Positions 26,749 to 38,603 of a DNA stretch of 64,000 bases are shown in pieces; positions within the stretch are counted from its first letter, which is position 1, and each line of letters opens with the position of its first letter. Under the pieces are notes generated by a model. It was not told the DNA's origin and ran no database searches. It saw only the letters and a list, made by a program, of their open reading frames with translations. The position numbers and the translations under genes are program-made. The DNA lies in the NCBI GenBank assembly GCA_964514975.1, contig CAZESS010000003.1, positions 32,001 to 96,000 of the forward strand, read 5' to 3'. Origin of the DNA: an uncultured Thermoplasmatales archaeon (GTDB lineage Archaea; Thermoplasmatota; E2; UBA202; DSCA01).

Positions 26749-27848
26749 TGGCTCACCTCCGCCAGGTATGATAGGGCGAGGTCACGGAGTTCTTCTTTGT
26801 CGTCTTCGATGGCGACATTGGACATATATTGTTTCCATTCCTCGGCCAGGGAGCCCAGGCGCCCCTGCCGGATGAGCTCCTGCTCCGCCTCCGCCATGTC
26901 ATAGGAAAGGTCGAAGTGTAACGCCTCAGAGGCAGCGCTGCGTATCGCATGGAAATCAAGGCTCCGGTACTCGGGACGGCTGATGTCACGGAGCACGACC
27001 CGGATGATGCATCCCTCAACAACGGAGTCATGCAGGGTGTCGATGACCTCGCGGGTTATCTCGTTGGCGTCACAGTCGCCGCAGTCGATGGCGCCGGCGT
27101 TTATCATGGACCGCGTTTCAACAGGCAGGGAGCGTATCTCGCCGGTGTCGGTGTCAAGCTCGAGCATGCCCTTGTCCTCGCCCGCCTCGGCGAAGGAGAG
27201 ATGCTCGGCGGAGCCCGCATACCAGGCGTTGTCGGTCACCCTGGTCTGCCGATGGTAGTGGCCCAGGGCGATGTAGTCCGCCTCCGACGGCAACGAGCCG
27301 GTGGGAACAACCTGCTCGTTGAAGTCCCCGGTCCGGAACTCCTTGATGCCGGACACGCCGACATGGAGCATCAGGAGATTGTATGCATCATCCTCGGGGG
27401 AAAAAGCGGCGAGGTTGTCCCGCAGCATGTCACCCGTCGAGCAATGGGGAATGCAGTGCACCAGAACGTTGTCGAAGCGGTGCTGCTCATATTGCCCGCG
27501 GTAGACGGGATACACGTTGTCGAGGTGCTCGAACACCCGGAAGACGCTGCCGGTCTCCCGGAGCTTCGGCGTTTCATGGTTGCCCGATATGAGCACCACG
27601 GGGATATCGGCCCTGGACAGGCGGATGAGCTGCTGCAGCGCGACGTTTAGCGCCCGGTTGGTCGGCCGCACCGTGTCGAACAGGTCGCCCCCGTGGACGA
27701 CCAGGTCGGGCTTTGCCTCTATGGCGTAGTCGATGCAACGCTCGAAGGCGTCGTAGACGTCGACCTCCCGCTGGTTGAGCCCGTTGTCCGCTGTTTTGTA
27801 GTATGCAGAGTAGCCGAGATGGGTGTCCGCCATGTGGAGAATATGCAT
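26745..27848 (-). CDS. mre11: Mre11/SbcD nuclease
   Basis: ADTHLG, GGDLFD, SGNHE and ALGHYH metallophosphoesterase motifs; overlaps the rad50 start. Confidence 0.92.
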   Translation of the reverse strand: MHILHMADTHLGYSAYYKTADNGLNQREVDVYDAFERCIDYAIEAKPDLVVHGGDLFDTVRPTNRALNVALQQLIRLSRADIPVVLISGNHETPKLRETGSVFRVFEHLDNVYPVYRGQYEQHRFDNVLVHCIPHCSTGDMLRDNLAAFSPEDDAYNLLMLHVGVSGIKEFRTGDFNEQVVPTGSLPSEADYIALGHYHRQTRVTDNAWYAGSAEHLSFAEAGEDKGMLELDTDTGEIRSLPVETRSMINAGAIDCGDCDANEITREVIDTLHDSVVEGCIIRVVLRDISRPEYRSLDFHAIRSAASEALHFDLSYDMAEAEQELIRQGRLGSLAEEWKQYMSNVAIEDDKEELRDLALSYLAEVSQ

Positions 27849-27926
27849 CCATCATGGCAATGCACCAGGCGTTATAAGGATTTTCGACAGCGGAAACGAT
27901 TTGTAGGGCCAGCGGTATGCATGTCC

Positions 27927-28337
27927 ATGCGCAACCCCCGCCTGACGGTCGACGGCGTCATCGTTCGTGGCAGCAAGCTGTTGCTCATCCGCCGCGGCAA
28001 CCCGCCCTTCAAAAATACCTGGGCGCTCCCCGGCGGCTTCGTCGAATATGGAGAGACCGTGGAGAGAGCCGTCAGGCGGGAGGTCAGAGAGGAAACCTGC
28101 CTTGATACATCCATCAGACGATTGGTTGGCGTCTACAGCGACCCGGACCGTGACCCCCGGGGCCATACCGTTTCTGTCGTGTTTTTGCTCACCGTGGAGA
28201 GCGGCAGCCCGCAGGGCGGCGACGACGCCGCCGAGGCACGATGGTTCGACATCGCTGCTTTGCCGGAGCTGGCCTTTGACCATGCAAAGATTATAAGGGA
28301 TGCACTGGCTTTATGGCATGCAATGCAAACAGGATGA
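27927..28337 (+). CDS. NUDIX hydrolase (ADP-ribose pyrophosphatase-like)
   Basis: WALPGGFVEYGETVERAVRREVREET Nudix box, RDPRGH and LAFDH. Confidence 0.9.
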   Translation: MRNPRLTVDGVIVRGSKLLLIRRGNPPFKNTWALPGGFVEYGETVERAVRREVREETCLDTSIRRLVGVYSDPDRDPRGHTVSVVFLLTVESGSPQGGDDAAEARWFDIAALPELAFDHAKIIRDALALWHAMQTG

Positions 28338-28509
28338 CAACCTGGAGCGATGCAACTGCACATGGGAGGGCTGCCCGCGAAAGGGAAAATGCTGCGACTG
28401 CCTGCAACATCACTGGCAGAACCGGGAGCTGCCCGCCTGCCTGTTCCCCGACGACGTCGAACAATCCTACGACCGCTCGCTTGAGCGATTCATCGAACTA
28501 TACAGCTAG
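28318..28509 (+). CDS. Small Cys-rich protein, DUF6485-like
   Basis: CNCTW..C.RKGKCCDC..HH....LPAC.F......YDRS pattern. Confidence 0.7.
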   Translation: MQCKQDDNLERCNCTWEGCPRKGKCCDCLQHHWQNRELPACLFPDDVEQSYDRSLERFIELYS

Positions 28510-29264
28510 AGCGGCACCTTCCGGCCCGACGGCGCCCGCCTGCGATGGCCGAAGTCATCCAGCCCGGCGAGCACGTCGCCGGTGAACACGGGTCCGTCAC
28601 GGCAGACATGATAGCCGTCGATGGCGCAGGAGTCGCACAATCCAATCCCGCATTTCATGTACCGTTCAAGGCTGGCCTGCAATGCCACGCCATGTTTTTG
28701 CGACCAGTCCAGGACTTTTTTCATCATCGGCTCCGGCCCGCACGTGTAGACCACGTCATGCTGCCCTATCTCGTCGAGCAGGTCGGTGACATAGCCATGG
28801 TGGCCCCGGGTGCCGTCATCGGTCGCTATCTGCACATCGGCTATGCCCGATAGTTGCCCGGGAAACAGGAGCCGGTCTGCGGTCTGCGCGCCGAGCAACA
28901 CCGTGGCATCGCTGCTCTGCTGTACCAATGGCAGGAGCGGTGCCGTACCAGTCCCGCCTGCAACATACAGATGCCGTGTGCCCTCCAGCGTGAAGCCCTG
29001 GCCGTAGGGGCCCCGGACGCCAATCCTGTCGCCGGGCTGCATGTCATGCAGCACCCGGGTTGCCTCGCCCTTTGCTTCGACGGTTATCGCCTGCCTGGCC
29101 TCGATGAGCGACAGCGACATGGGTATCTCGTCGACGGCCGGGATCCATACCATGACGAACTGGCCGGGCCGGGCACGACTGCACTGCTCGTCGGAAAAAA
29201 AGAAGGTTTTATGCAATGCTGTGTTGGTCTCGACGGTCTCGATGGCGTGGATGCGTGGAGCCAT
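28506..29264 (-). CDS. pyrK: Dihydroorotate dehydrogenase electron transfer subunit
   Basis: PGQFVMVWIP, VRGPYG, AGGTG, TDDG, CGPEPMM and MKCGIGLCDSC..VCRDGPVF. Confidence 0.85.
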   Translation of the reverse strand: MAPRIHAIETVETNTALHKTFFFSDEQCSRARPGQFVMVWIPAVDEIPMSLSLIEARQAITVEAKGEATRVLHDMQPGDRIGVRGPYGQGFTLEGTRHLYVAGGTGTAPLLPLVQQSSDATVLLGAQTADRLLFPGQLSGIADVQIATDDGTRGHHGYVTDLLDEIGQHDVVYTCGPEPMMKKVLDWSQKHGVALQASLERYMKCGIGLCDSCAIDGYHVCRDGPVFTGDVLAGLDDFGHRRRAPSGRKVPL

Positions 29265-29302
29265 AGATTGCAATGCGGCATTGCTACATATTGATTGCTG
29301 TG

Positions 29303-30169
29303 TTAGTCGAACAATGCCTCGTATTCGGGGACGACGTCGTCGACGAAGCGCTGCATCCCCTCCATGCTCTTGTAATGGGTGAGCATCTGTTTGATGACGT
29401 GGAAGGGCAGCGTGGCGATGTCGACGCCCATCTCCGCCACTTCTCGAGCCTGCCGGGCGTTGCGGATGCTGGCCGCGATGATCTCCGTCGGGAAATCATA
29501 GGCGGCGTAGATGGCGATGATGCTCGCCGCGAGCTCCACGCCGCTGTAGATGCCGTTGTCGTGCATGGCAGCGTTTTGCATGGCCTTGTAGAGCTCGCCG
29601 GGGTCGCCGTTCCATGTCCCGGTAGCGAGATGCTCCTCGATGGTCTGCATGAGCCATGCGTCGTGGTAGTCGCCCTTGTCAAACGCCACGCTCAGTTGCT
29701 TGCGGATGTAGTCGTCGATGCGGCCGAGGAACGGGCTGGCATAGGATGCGCCGGCCTTTGCGGCCATCAGCGCCTGCTCCGGGGTCATGACCAGTGTTGC
29801 GTTGGTGGGAATATCCTGGTCTGCGAGGCGGCGGATGGCCCGGAGGCCTTCGACGTTGCTGTCATCGTCCTGCATGGCGGTGTTGACGGGCACCTTGACG
29901 ACGACGTTGCCGTTGACCGGGTTGAACAGGTCGTAGAGCGTTTCTGCCTCACACACGATGTCGTCGGCCATGGTGCCCTTGACCTCGAGGCTGACCGGGC
30001 CGTCCACCTCGCGGCAGATATCCTGGATGTATTCCTCCATGTCGATGTCGCCGTGCTTCGCGACGGCTTTTTTGATGAGCGACGGGTTGGTGGTGACGCC
30101 GTCGACGATACCCCACGAACATGCCTCGCATATCTCGTCCAGGTCGGCGGTGTCGATAAAGACTTTCAT
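29303..30169 (-). CDS. tal: Transaldolase (TalC/MipB-type) with an internal insertion
   Basis: FIDTA, GVTTNPSL, SLEV (Glu), Schiff-base VKVP, SPFLGRIDD (Phe) and AASIR. Confidence 0.85.
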   Translation of the reverse strand: MKVFIDTADLDEICEACSWGIVDGVTTNPSLIKKAVAKHGDIDMEEYIQDICREVDGPVSLEVKGTMADDIVCEAETLYDLFNPVNGNVVVKVPVNTAMQDDDSNVEGLRAIRRLADQDIPTNATLVMTPEQALMAAKAGASYASPFLGRIDDYIRKQLSVAFDKGDYHDAWLMQTIEEHLATGTWNGDPGELYKAMQNAAMHDNGIYSGVELAASIIAIYAAYDFPTEIIAASIRNARQAREVAEMGVDIATLPFHVIKQMLTHYKSMEGMQRFVDDVVPEYEALFD

Positions 30170-30244
30170 GGTATCCGTCAATATGCTCAGGGTATATAGC
30201 CCTTTTCCGGCGGGACAACAAAAGAAAAAAAAGAGGGGAAAAGG

Positions 30245-33200
30245 TTACGCCGTTATCGGCGTGGGCTCGGTCCACCCGGGGCTGTAGACCGTCATCGTCG
30301 GGTCGCCGAAGATGACCTGCACATGGCTGATGTAGGTCGACGACCATCCATAGAGCGATGCGGGATCATCAGTCGTGTAATCCCGGTAGATGAGCCATGC
30401 ATGTTTCGAATATGCCTCGCCGATGCTGGCCCCGTTGACCATGACCTCATGCAATGCCACGTCGTCCAGGTAGTCCGCAGGTGGACAGCTCCCCGTGCCC
30501 GCGTTGCCGTACCACAGCGCGGCCCCATGTTCAAGGTAGACGTTGGGGCCGAAATGCTGGCCGGTGGTGCAGCTCATCCAGAGCTCGAAAATGCTGTGCA
30601 GGTTGTCCAGCTCCCTGTCCACCCATTTGAAATGGACGAGGTCGTAGAGCCCGGGCTCCTGCGCGTTGTACCAGGACGTGCCACCCCATCGGGGATACGA
30701 GGCGTCGTCGGTGTGCTGGCCGTCGTAGCCGCTGTAGCCGCGCCAGGAGTCCCACCATTCCCGGTAGGGAGTGCTGACATAGTGCTCCGCGGGCGGGAAC
30801 TGGTCGGCCACGCACTTGTACTGCGCCGATATGCCGGAGCCGCCGGTGCCATGGCCGGCATAGTAGTTGACCGATGCGCCCGCATTGTAGCGCTCCAGCA
30901 GGTTGTCCCAGATGCAGTGCCCCTCATAGAAGCGGTCATGGGACGAAAAGCTCTCCTTGGTCGACCGGGACGAGTACACGTACACGGTTTCGCCGTTGTT
31001 GAGATTCCACTGGGAATAGCGCGTCCCATCGGGATAGTTCATCAGCTGCGACGTGGTGACATCACGCCCGGGGTTGGCGTAGATGATGGCCGGGTACAGG
31101 ATGTCGCGGCAGATGAGATTGGTGTCCATCGCCGGCGTGTCAAAGGGTATCTGCCCGGCATAGGACTCGTTGCCTGACAGGGAGCGCATCACCAGATGGC
31201 TTATGTCGTTCTCGCGGTCGGCGACGAACATGTATGCCTCCTGGCCCTCGCCGTGGAGGCCGTAGCCACCGGTCCATGCCTCGATGGCCTCCTGGATGCC
31301 GCCGTACCATCGCTGGTGCATGTCGAAGCCCGGGTCGGGCACGCTGCCCTCGAAAATGCCCCTGAGCATCTCGCCCAGGTCGAACGGCTCGGCCATCATG
31401 TGGAGATATCCCTGCGCTCGCATGCCATGGTACCAGCCGCCGGCGTATTGACGGTAGGCGGTGGCCTTGTCGAGGAGGTCATAGGCGCCGGGTATCTCGC
31501 CGATGTTCAGCACCGGGCTGCCATGGTAGGCGGCAATCATCGCCGCCGGCGCAAAGTAGCCGCCGCCGGACGCCAGCGAGGTCACCGTGATATAGTTTTC
31601 GGATGCAGCGCTGCTCTTAACAGCGTCGATAATCTCCTGCATGGTCGTGTACTCGGTCGCTCCGCTGACGGATGCACTGCTCACTCCGCCGAGGTTGACA
31701 TAGATGATATCCGAGGTGCCAAGGCTGTCCAGGGCATTTTGCGTCGCCGCCGGTATCTCATCCGCAGCGACATAGAGCAATGGGGCATGGCTGAGCGATG
31801 CGAGGACGGCGCCGTTGGCCGCCGACAGCGCGGCGTTGCTCCGCTGCTCGCTGTGCTCCCTGAGCGTTGCAGTGATATGGTAGGGGATGCTGTCGCTGGT
31901 TTTCTCCTCGCCATAGGGATAATGCGGCGCGACGATGACCGCCCACCGACCTTCCATTGGGTGGTGCACCTCGACAGTATGCTCTCTGGCGGGGACGGGC
32001 TCCCAGCGTCGCCATTCCTCGAAGCCGATGTCGGGGTTGTGGTAGCCGTTCCAGGTATGCATGGGCTGGATGTTGTCATGGGTCGGGTCGTTCCAGTGAG
32101 GGATCGACGGCCGGCGGATGTTGCCGTGCGGGTCGACCAGGAACACCTCGAGGGTGCTTGCCTCGCTCGTGGTCACGGTCACCTCGATGCTGCTGCTCGT
32201 GTCATCCACCGGTATCTTGTACCGGTCGCCAGAGTACCTGGTGACCTCGAGCGTCCAGTCGCCGCTGTCGCTGGCGGCGTAGGGGAACCAGAGCCCGGGC
32301 GTGGTTATCGGATAATAGATGTTGGTGTTGTCACCGGGGACATCCGTCGGATGCGGCCAGTTCTCCTCGGTGCCGACCTCGTAACGGGGGGTGATTATGC
32401 CCAGCGCCGGTGATGTCGGCGCTGCGTACACGGTCATGGCGGCCCATTTGCTGCCGATGAACATGGGCAGGGCCTGCCGCCCGCCGACATCTCTGAGCTG
32501 GCTGCTGCCCTTGGCTGCCCTGGTCACCTGTGTTTCAACGGTGAGCGTCGCATCGGTGTCCAGCACCGATGTTGTCTCATCGTTGAAGCTGCTGCCGTCG
32601 ACCGCGAGCACCGCCGTGTCGCTGGTATCCCAGTGGCTGGTTGCGATGTCCGCTGCCGCCTGGACGGGGTCGTCGGGCACGATGTACTCCGCTGCCGCCA
32701 TACCATGCCTGTCCAGGTAGGTGTTCCAGTCGTCGAGCAGATACCCCGTGGTGTCATCCACGGTGCCATACCAGTTTATTTGCCGGTCGACGCCCCGGTA
32801 CACGATGGGGGAAACATGGCGCTGTCCGCCGTCGAGGTAGTTCGCCGCCGGGATGGCTGCCAGGTAGCCGTATTCGTCGGCGTTGCCATCTGGGTCATCG
32901 TTTACGATGAAGGTCCGGGCGACAGGGGTGATGTCGGGCTGAGGTATCGGGCCCGGTGGCGATGCGACGCTGCCGCCGAGCTCAAGGGTGAACGTGTATG
33001 CCCCTGAGCCGTAGAGGTAGTAGTCGTCGGGCCACAGCGATGTGTCCCAGCCGGGAAAGATGTCCACCATGAGCGTCCATTTTCCTGTGGTGTCGGCGGG
33101 ATATTCTAGCTCGTCGTTGCCGTAATAGCTGGCGTAGTGGACGCGCTCTCCCGCAGGATTGTAGAGATGGATGTCGTAGTCGGTTCGCTTGGGCGGGGTG

Positions 33201-33928
33201 ATGCTCGCGGTGATGCCCTGGCCGGCCGACACGTCAAAGCTGTAGCAGTCAATCCAGTCCTGGCTGTCCAGGTAGCCGTCATAGCTGCCGGGGGTGATTG
33301 ACAGGGCGCTGCCGATGGTGTCGCCGGCGTCGCCTGCGCTCCCGGCGTCGTTTTGCCCGTTGAGGGTGACGTCGAGCTGGTAGCTGCCGGTGCCGGCTGC
33401 GGCGAGGTGCAGGTACCATGTGCCCGTCTCGGATGCCTGATATGTGAGCGTGCCTGTGGTACCCGCCGGTGCTGCGGCGACGATGTCGCCGGCTGTGTTT
33501 GAGAGCTCCATGGTGATGTCGACGGACGCCTGGATGGATATCTGGATGGTCTGGCCGGTGCAGACGGAAAAGCTGTACCAGTCGTCGCTGTCGCCGGCGT
33601 CGATGATGCCGGTGGTGTCTCTGCCTGGGCTGCCGTCGATGGGTTCGCCGGGGTAGATGGGCAGTGCCTGGTAGATGATGTCGCCAGCGTCGACGTTGTA
33701 GCCCAGGTCGGTTTCGTCCTGGAGCGCCGTGGTTGCTTGCGGGCTGTCGATGGTGTCAAGCTGGCGCATCTCGGGTATCTCTTGCGGCGTGTCGCCGGGC
33801 TCGGCTGGCGGGGTCTCGCTGTCGGACAGGGTGGCCGGGCCGCCCGTATCTGATATAGTGGTAATTCCTGTCATGCCTGCGCATAACAATGTTGCAAGTA
33901 TGCCTATAACTATTAGTTTGGTTTTCAT
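30245..33928 (-). CDS. Large secreted protein with PPC-like beta domains and a C-terminal C25 (gingipain-like) peptidase domain
   Basis: Signal peptide; DDWYSF and DYDIHLY PPC-like repeats; YAGHG..MSCTTG His-Cys dyad; terminal IFGDP. Confidence 0.7.
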   Translation of the reverse strand: MKTKLIVIGILATLLCAGMTGITTISDTGGPATLSDSETPPAEPGDTPQEIPEMRQLDTIDSPQATTALQDETDLGYNVDAGDIIYQALPIYPGEPIDGSPGRDTTGIIDAGDSDDWYSFSVCTGQTIQISIQASVDITMELSNTAGDIVAAAPAGTTGTLTYQASETGTWYLHLAAAGTGSYQLDVTLNGQNDAGSAGDAGDTIGSALSITPGSYDGYLDSQDWIDCYSFDVSAGQGITASITPPKRTDYDIHLYNPAGERVHYASYYGNDELEYPADTTGKWTLMVDIFPGWDTSLWPDDYYLYGSGAYTFTLELGGSVASPPGPIPQPDITPVARTFIVNDDPDGNADEYGYLAAIPAANYLDGGQRHVSPIVYRGVDRQINWYGTVDDTTGYLLDDWNTYLDRHGMAAAEYIVPDDPVQAAADIATSHWDTSDTAVLAVDGSSFNDETTSVLDTDATLTVETQVTRAAKGSSQLRDVGGRQALPMFIGSKWAAMTVYAAPTSPALGIITPRYEVGTEENWPHPTDVPGDNTNIYYPITTPGLWFPYAASDSGDWTLEVTRYSGDRYKIPVDDTSSSIEVTVTTSEASTLEVFLVDPHGNIRRPSIPHWNDPTHDNIQPMHTWNGYHNPDIGFEEWRRWEPVPAREHTVEVHHPMEGRWAVIVAPHYPYGEEKTSDSIPYHITATLREHSEQRSNAALSAANGAVLASLSHAPLLYVAADEIPAATQNALDSLGTSDIIYVNLGGVSSASVSGATEYTTMQEIIDAVKSSAASENYITVTSLASGGGYFAPAAMIAAYHGSPVLNIGEIPGAYDLLDKATAYRQYAGGWYHGMRAQGYLHMMAEPFDLGEMLRGIFEGSVPDPGFDMHQRWYGGIQEAIEAWTGGYGLHGEGQEAYMFVADRENDISHLVMRSLSGNESYAGQIPFDTPAMDTNLICRDILYPAIIYANPGRDVTTSQLMNYPDGTRYSQWNLNNGETVYVYSSRSTKESFSSHDRFYEGHCIWDNLLERYNAGASVNYYAGHGTGGSGISAQYKCVADQFPPAEHYVSTPYREWWDSWRGYSGYDGQHTDDASYPRWGGTSWYNAQEPGLYDLVHFKWVDRELDNLHSIFELWMSCTTGQHFGPNVYLEHGAALWYGNAGTGSCPPADYLDDVALHEVMVNGASIGEAYSKHAWLIYRDYTTDDPASLYGWSSTYISHVQVIFGDPTMTVYSPGWTEPTPITA

Positions 33929-34306
33929 GCTGTGCCTCCATCTCTACATCCGGATGGACTTATTTATAATTTAGCGTTGCAATGCTCTTTTATATATGCT
34001 GGCATCGTCGCGGCTCTATCCCGAAAGTCCGTACAACGAGCATTATGCTATCTTCCACCACATGAGTTGCCTAGAAGAATGGGAAGAGGTAATTGTCTGT
34101 TCACAGGCATGTCACGATAGTTTCGGGATGAAGCCCATCGTCGCGATGAAAAAACGCATATTTTCATTTTGCCATTGAACATTGAGAGCGATGTCTCCCG
34201 CTAGCTACCGTGTCTGGCTCACGCTCTCTTTTTCGGGGGTTTTTCTAACCTCTTCTATCCTACCCATAAATCGAAAAGAAAGAGAAAAAGGAAAAGGAAA
34301 AAGGCG

Positions 34307-36220
<1,914 letters not shown>

Positions 36221-36283
36221 AGTATCGGTTTGGGTATTTGCCTCCGATACTTAAATGTTTTCTGTGCCGTCACCGCATGCAGA

Positions 36284-37210
36284 CTACAGCACGAGCAGCC
36301 CGATGAAGACGGCATAGATGGCCAGCAGCAGGGCGCCATACCGCCAGTCCATCCGGCGGCGGGCGAACACGGCAAGCACCACGGACACGATGAGCAGGAA
36401 GGGTAACGTGAGAAAAATCTTGTCCTCCGCTGCAACCGGGCGTATGACGCCGCTGACACCCAGCGCCAGCAAAATGTTGATGATGTTACTCCCGATGATG
36501 TTGCCGACGGCGATGCCGTGCTTTCCCTTCAAAGCGGCGGCAATGCTGCTCGCCAGCTCGGGCAGCGACGAGCCGAAGGCAATCATCGTCAGCCCGATAA
36601 CGGCGCGGGGAACACCGAGCAGGTCGGCGATTCCCACGCCTGCATGGACAGTCAGCTGCGCCCCCGCCACCACCGCCACGCCCCCCACGGCCAGCATCAC
36701 GCCGTGCTTCAGCAGGCCATCCCGCTCGACGTCAGGCAGCTCATCCCGGCAGCGTTCCCGTCGATGAGTTGTCCACCAGTAGTACACGAAGAAGGCGTAG
36801 ACGGCCAGGTAGAGGACGCCGTCGTAGATGTCGATGCGTCCGTCGAGCCAGAGCGAGCCGAGGAGGAGCAGCGTGACGGCGAGCATGAACAGGGAGTCAC
36901 GCCGGGTGTCCCTGCTGGCGCAGAGGGGCATGATGAGGGCACTGACGCCCAGGATGAGGCAGATGTTGGTGATGTTGCTGCCCACGATGTTGCCGATGGC
37001 GATGCCGGCCTCGCCCTGGAAGGCGGCGATGGATGACACGGCTATCTCGGGCAGCGAGGTGGCGAAGGCGACCAGGGTGAGACCGATGGTGTGCTCGGAG
37101 GCGCCGGTGGCCGAGGCGACGGCTGCGGCGCCGTCGATAAACACGTCGCTTCCCTTGGCGAGCAGCAGCAGCCCCGCGGCGAGGATACCGAGGTACAGGA
37201 GCGGGTCCAT
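36284..37210 (-). CDS. Ca2+/Na+ antiporter (YrbG/CaCA family)
   Basis: Two alpha repeats, ATSLPE..GNIVGSN and GSSLPE..GNIIGSN; hydrophobic throughout. Confidence 0.92.
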   Translation of the reverse strand: MDPLLYLGILAAGLLLLAKGSDVFIDGAAAVASATGASEHTIGLTLVAFATSLPEIAVSSIAAFQGEAGIAIGNIVGSNITNICLILGVSALIMPLCASRDTRRDSLFMLAVTLLLLGSLWLDGRIDIYDGVLYLAVYAFFVYYWWTTHRRERCRDELPDVERDGLLKHGVMLAVGGVAVVAGAQLTVHAGVGIADLLGVPRAVIGLTMIAFGSSLPELASSIAAALKGKHGIAVGNIIGSNIINILLALGVSGVIRPVAAEDKIFLTLPFLLIVSVVLAVFARRRMDWRYGALLLAIYAVFIGLLVL

Positions 37211-37288
37211 CCGTGTTAGGATGTGCAGCGGGTTGAAATGCTTTTCTCATTCCGCCAAAGTATAAATATGCGCCCGGTTTCATCGGCC

Positions 37289-38524
37289 ATGCACCGGAGA
37301 GCATTGGTCGTCGTGATTGTGCTGGCCCTTGTTGTGGCACCGACGGTGATGCCGTTTTCCCAGGGGGCTGCAGATGACGATACGCTGGCGGATATCATCG
37401 CCGCCGTCGACACCGACGCGTTATACCACTACGACAAGACCATCCAGGACGTGGGGCCGCATCCCACGGGCAGCGATGAATGCCGGGAGGTCGCCTCCTT
37501 TATCTATGACGAGTTTGCGAGCTACGGGCTCAACGTGTCCTATCATGCATGGCATCGGAACGGTTTGAGCAGCCGGAACGTGGTGGCGACGCTTCCCGGG
37601 GAAACGAACTACACGGTCATCATGTCGGCACACTATGACAGCGTCGATGATTCGCCGGGTGCGGACGACGACGGCTCCGGCGTCTCGAGCGTGCTGATGG
37701 CCGCCAGGGTGCTCAGCAGCTACAGCTTTCGCCATACCGTCAAGTTCATCTGCTTCTCCGGCGAGGAGCAAGGCCTCTACGGCAGCGGCGCCTATGCCCG
37801 TGGCGCATACGAGCGGGATGAAGCCATCCTCGCCGTTCTGCAGCTCGACGGCGTCGGCCACGCCGTGAGCAGCAAGGGCGGCAGCACCATCCGGCTGTGT
37901 GCCAATGACGCCTCCGCATGGATTACCGATGCGGCACAGCGGGTGCTCGACAGCCACGGCGATGACATCGGCCTGTCCATCCACCGGAACCGGAACTTTG
38001 CGGGGAGCGACCACCAGTCGTTCATCAACTACGGCTACGAGGGCATATTTTTCCTTGAATACGAGTTCAACCCCTATTATCATTCGCCGGGGGACACCAT
38101 CGAGCATGTCAACTTCAGCTACCTGACCAGGGTCTGCCGGCTGGCATCCGCCACTGTCGCCTCTATCGCAGGCCGGGAGATATCGCTGTACACGCGCATC
38201 GTCGAGCCGGACCGCGGCGCCATCTACGCTGGCAGCACACAGGTCATGGCGCTGGATGGGTATCGCACCGTCGTGCTCGGCCGTACGCATGTTCGCGCCG
38301 AGGTGCATGGCCCCGCCGTTGTCGAACGCGTCTTTTTCTATCTCGACGGCGAGGTACGGGGCATCGACGAGACGGCGCCCTACGAGCACGAGTATAGCAG
38401 GGTGGCGCTGTTCAGCCATGACGTCAGGGTCGAGGTCGAGGGAACAAATGCTGCGGACATGGCGCAGGTGTCCGTGGTGATGTTTAACCTCGTGCCTGGT
38501 CCATGGCTTGATGCTACCGGATGA
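37289..38524 (+). CDS. Secreted M28 family metallo-aminopeptidase with a C-terminal Ig-like domain
   Basis: SAHYDS, GADDDGSG, GEEQGL, QLDG, SDHQSF and YHSPGD; signal peptide. TATAAAT at 37261 favours the 37289 start. Confidence 0.88.
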   Translation: MHRRALVVVIVLALVVAPTVMPFSQGAADDDTLADIIAAVDTDALYHYDKTIQDVGPHPTGSDECREVASFIYDEFASYGLNVSYHAWHRNGLSSRNVVATLPGETNYTVIMSAHYDSVDDSPGADDDGSGVSSVLMAARVLSSYSFRHTVKFICFSGEEQGLYGSGAYARGAYERDEAILAVLQLDGVGHAVSSKGGSTIRLCANDASAWITDAAQRVLDSHGDDIGLSIHRNRNFAGSDHQSFINYGYEGIFFLEYEFNPYYHSPGDTIEHVNFSYLTRVCRLASATVASIAGREISLYTRIVEPDRGAIYAGSTQVMALDGYRTVVLGRTHVRAEVHGPAVVERVFFYLDGEVRGIDETAPYEHEYSRVALFSHDVRVEVEGTNAADMAQVSVVMFNLVPGPWLDATG

Positions 38525-38603
38525 TGGAACGGCCCAGCAATCATGGCACGTGCTGTCACCCATCAGGCAACACATTTAAGAGCGTAGGGTATTTATCCCC
38601 ACG

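Noticed and set aside
33996-34178. 60-aa ORF with Cys/His residues in the intergenic gap
   Set aside because: The ATG sits directly against a TATA-like tract, there is no RBS or recognisable family, and codon usage is atypical.
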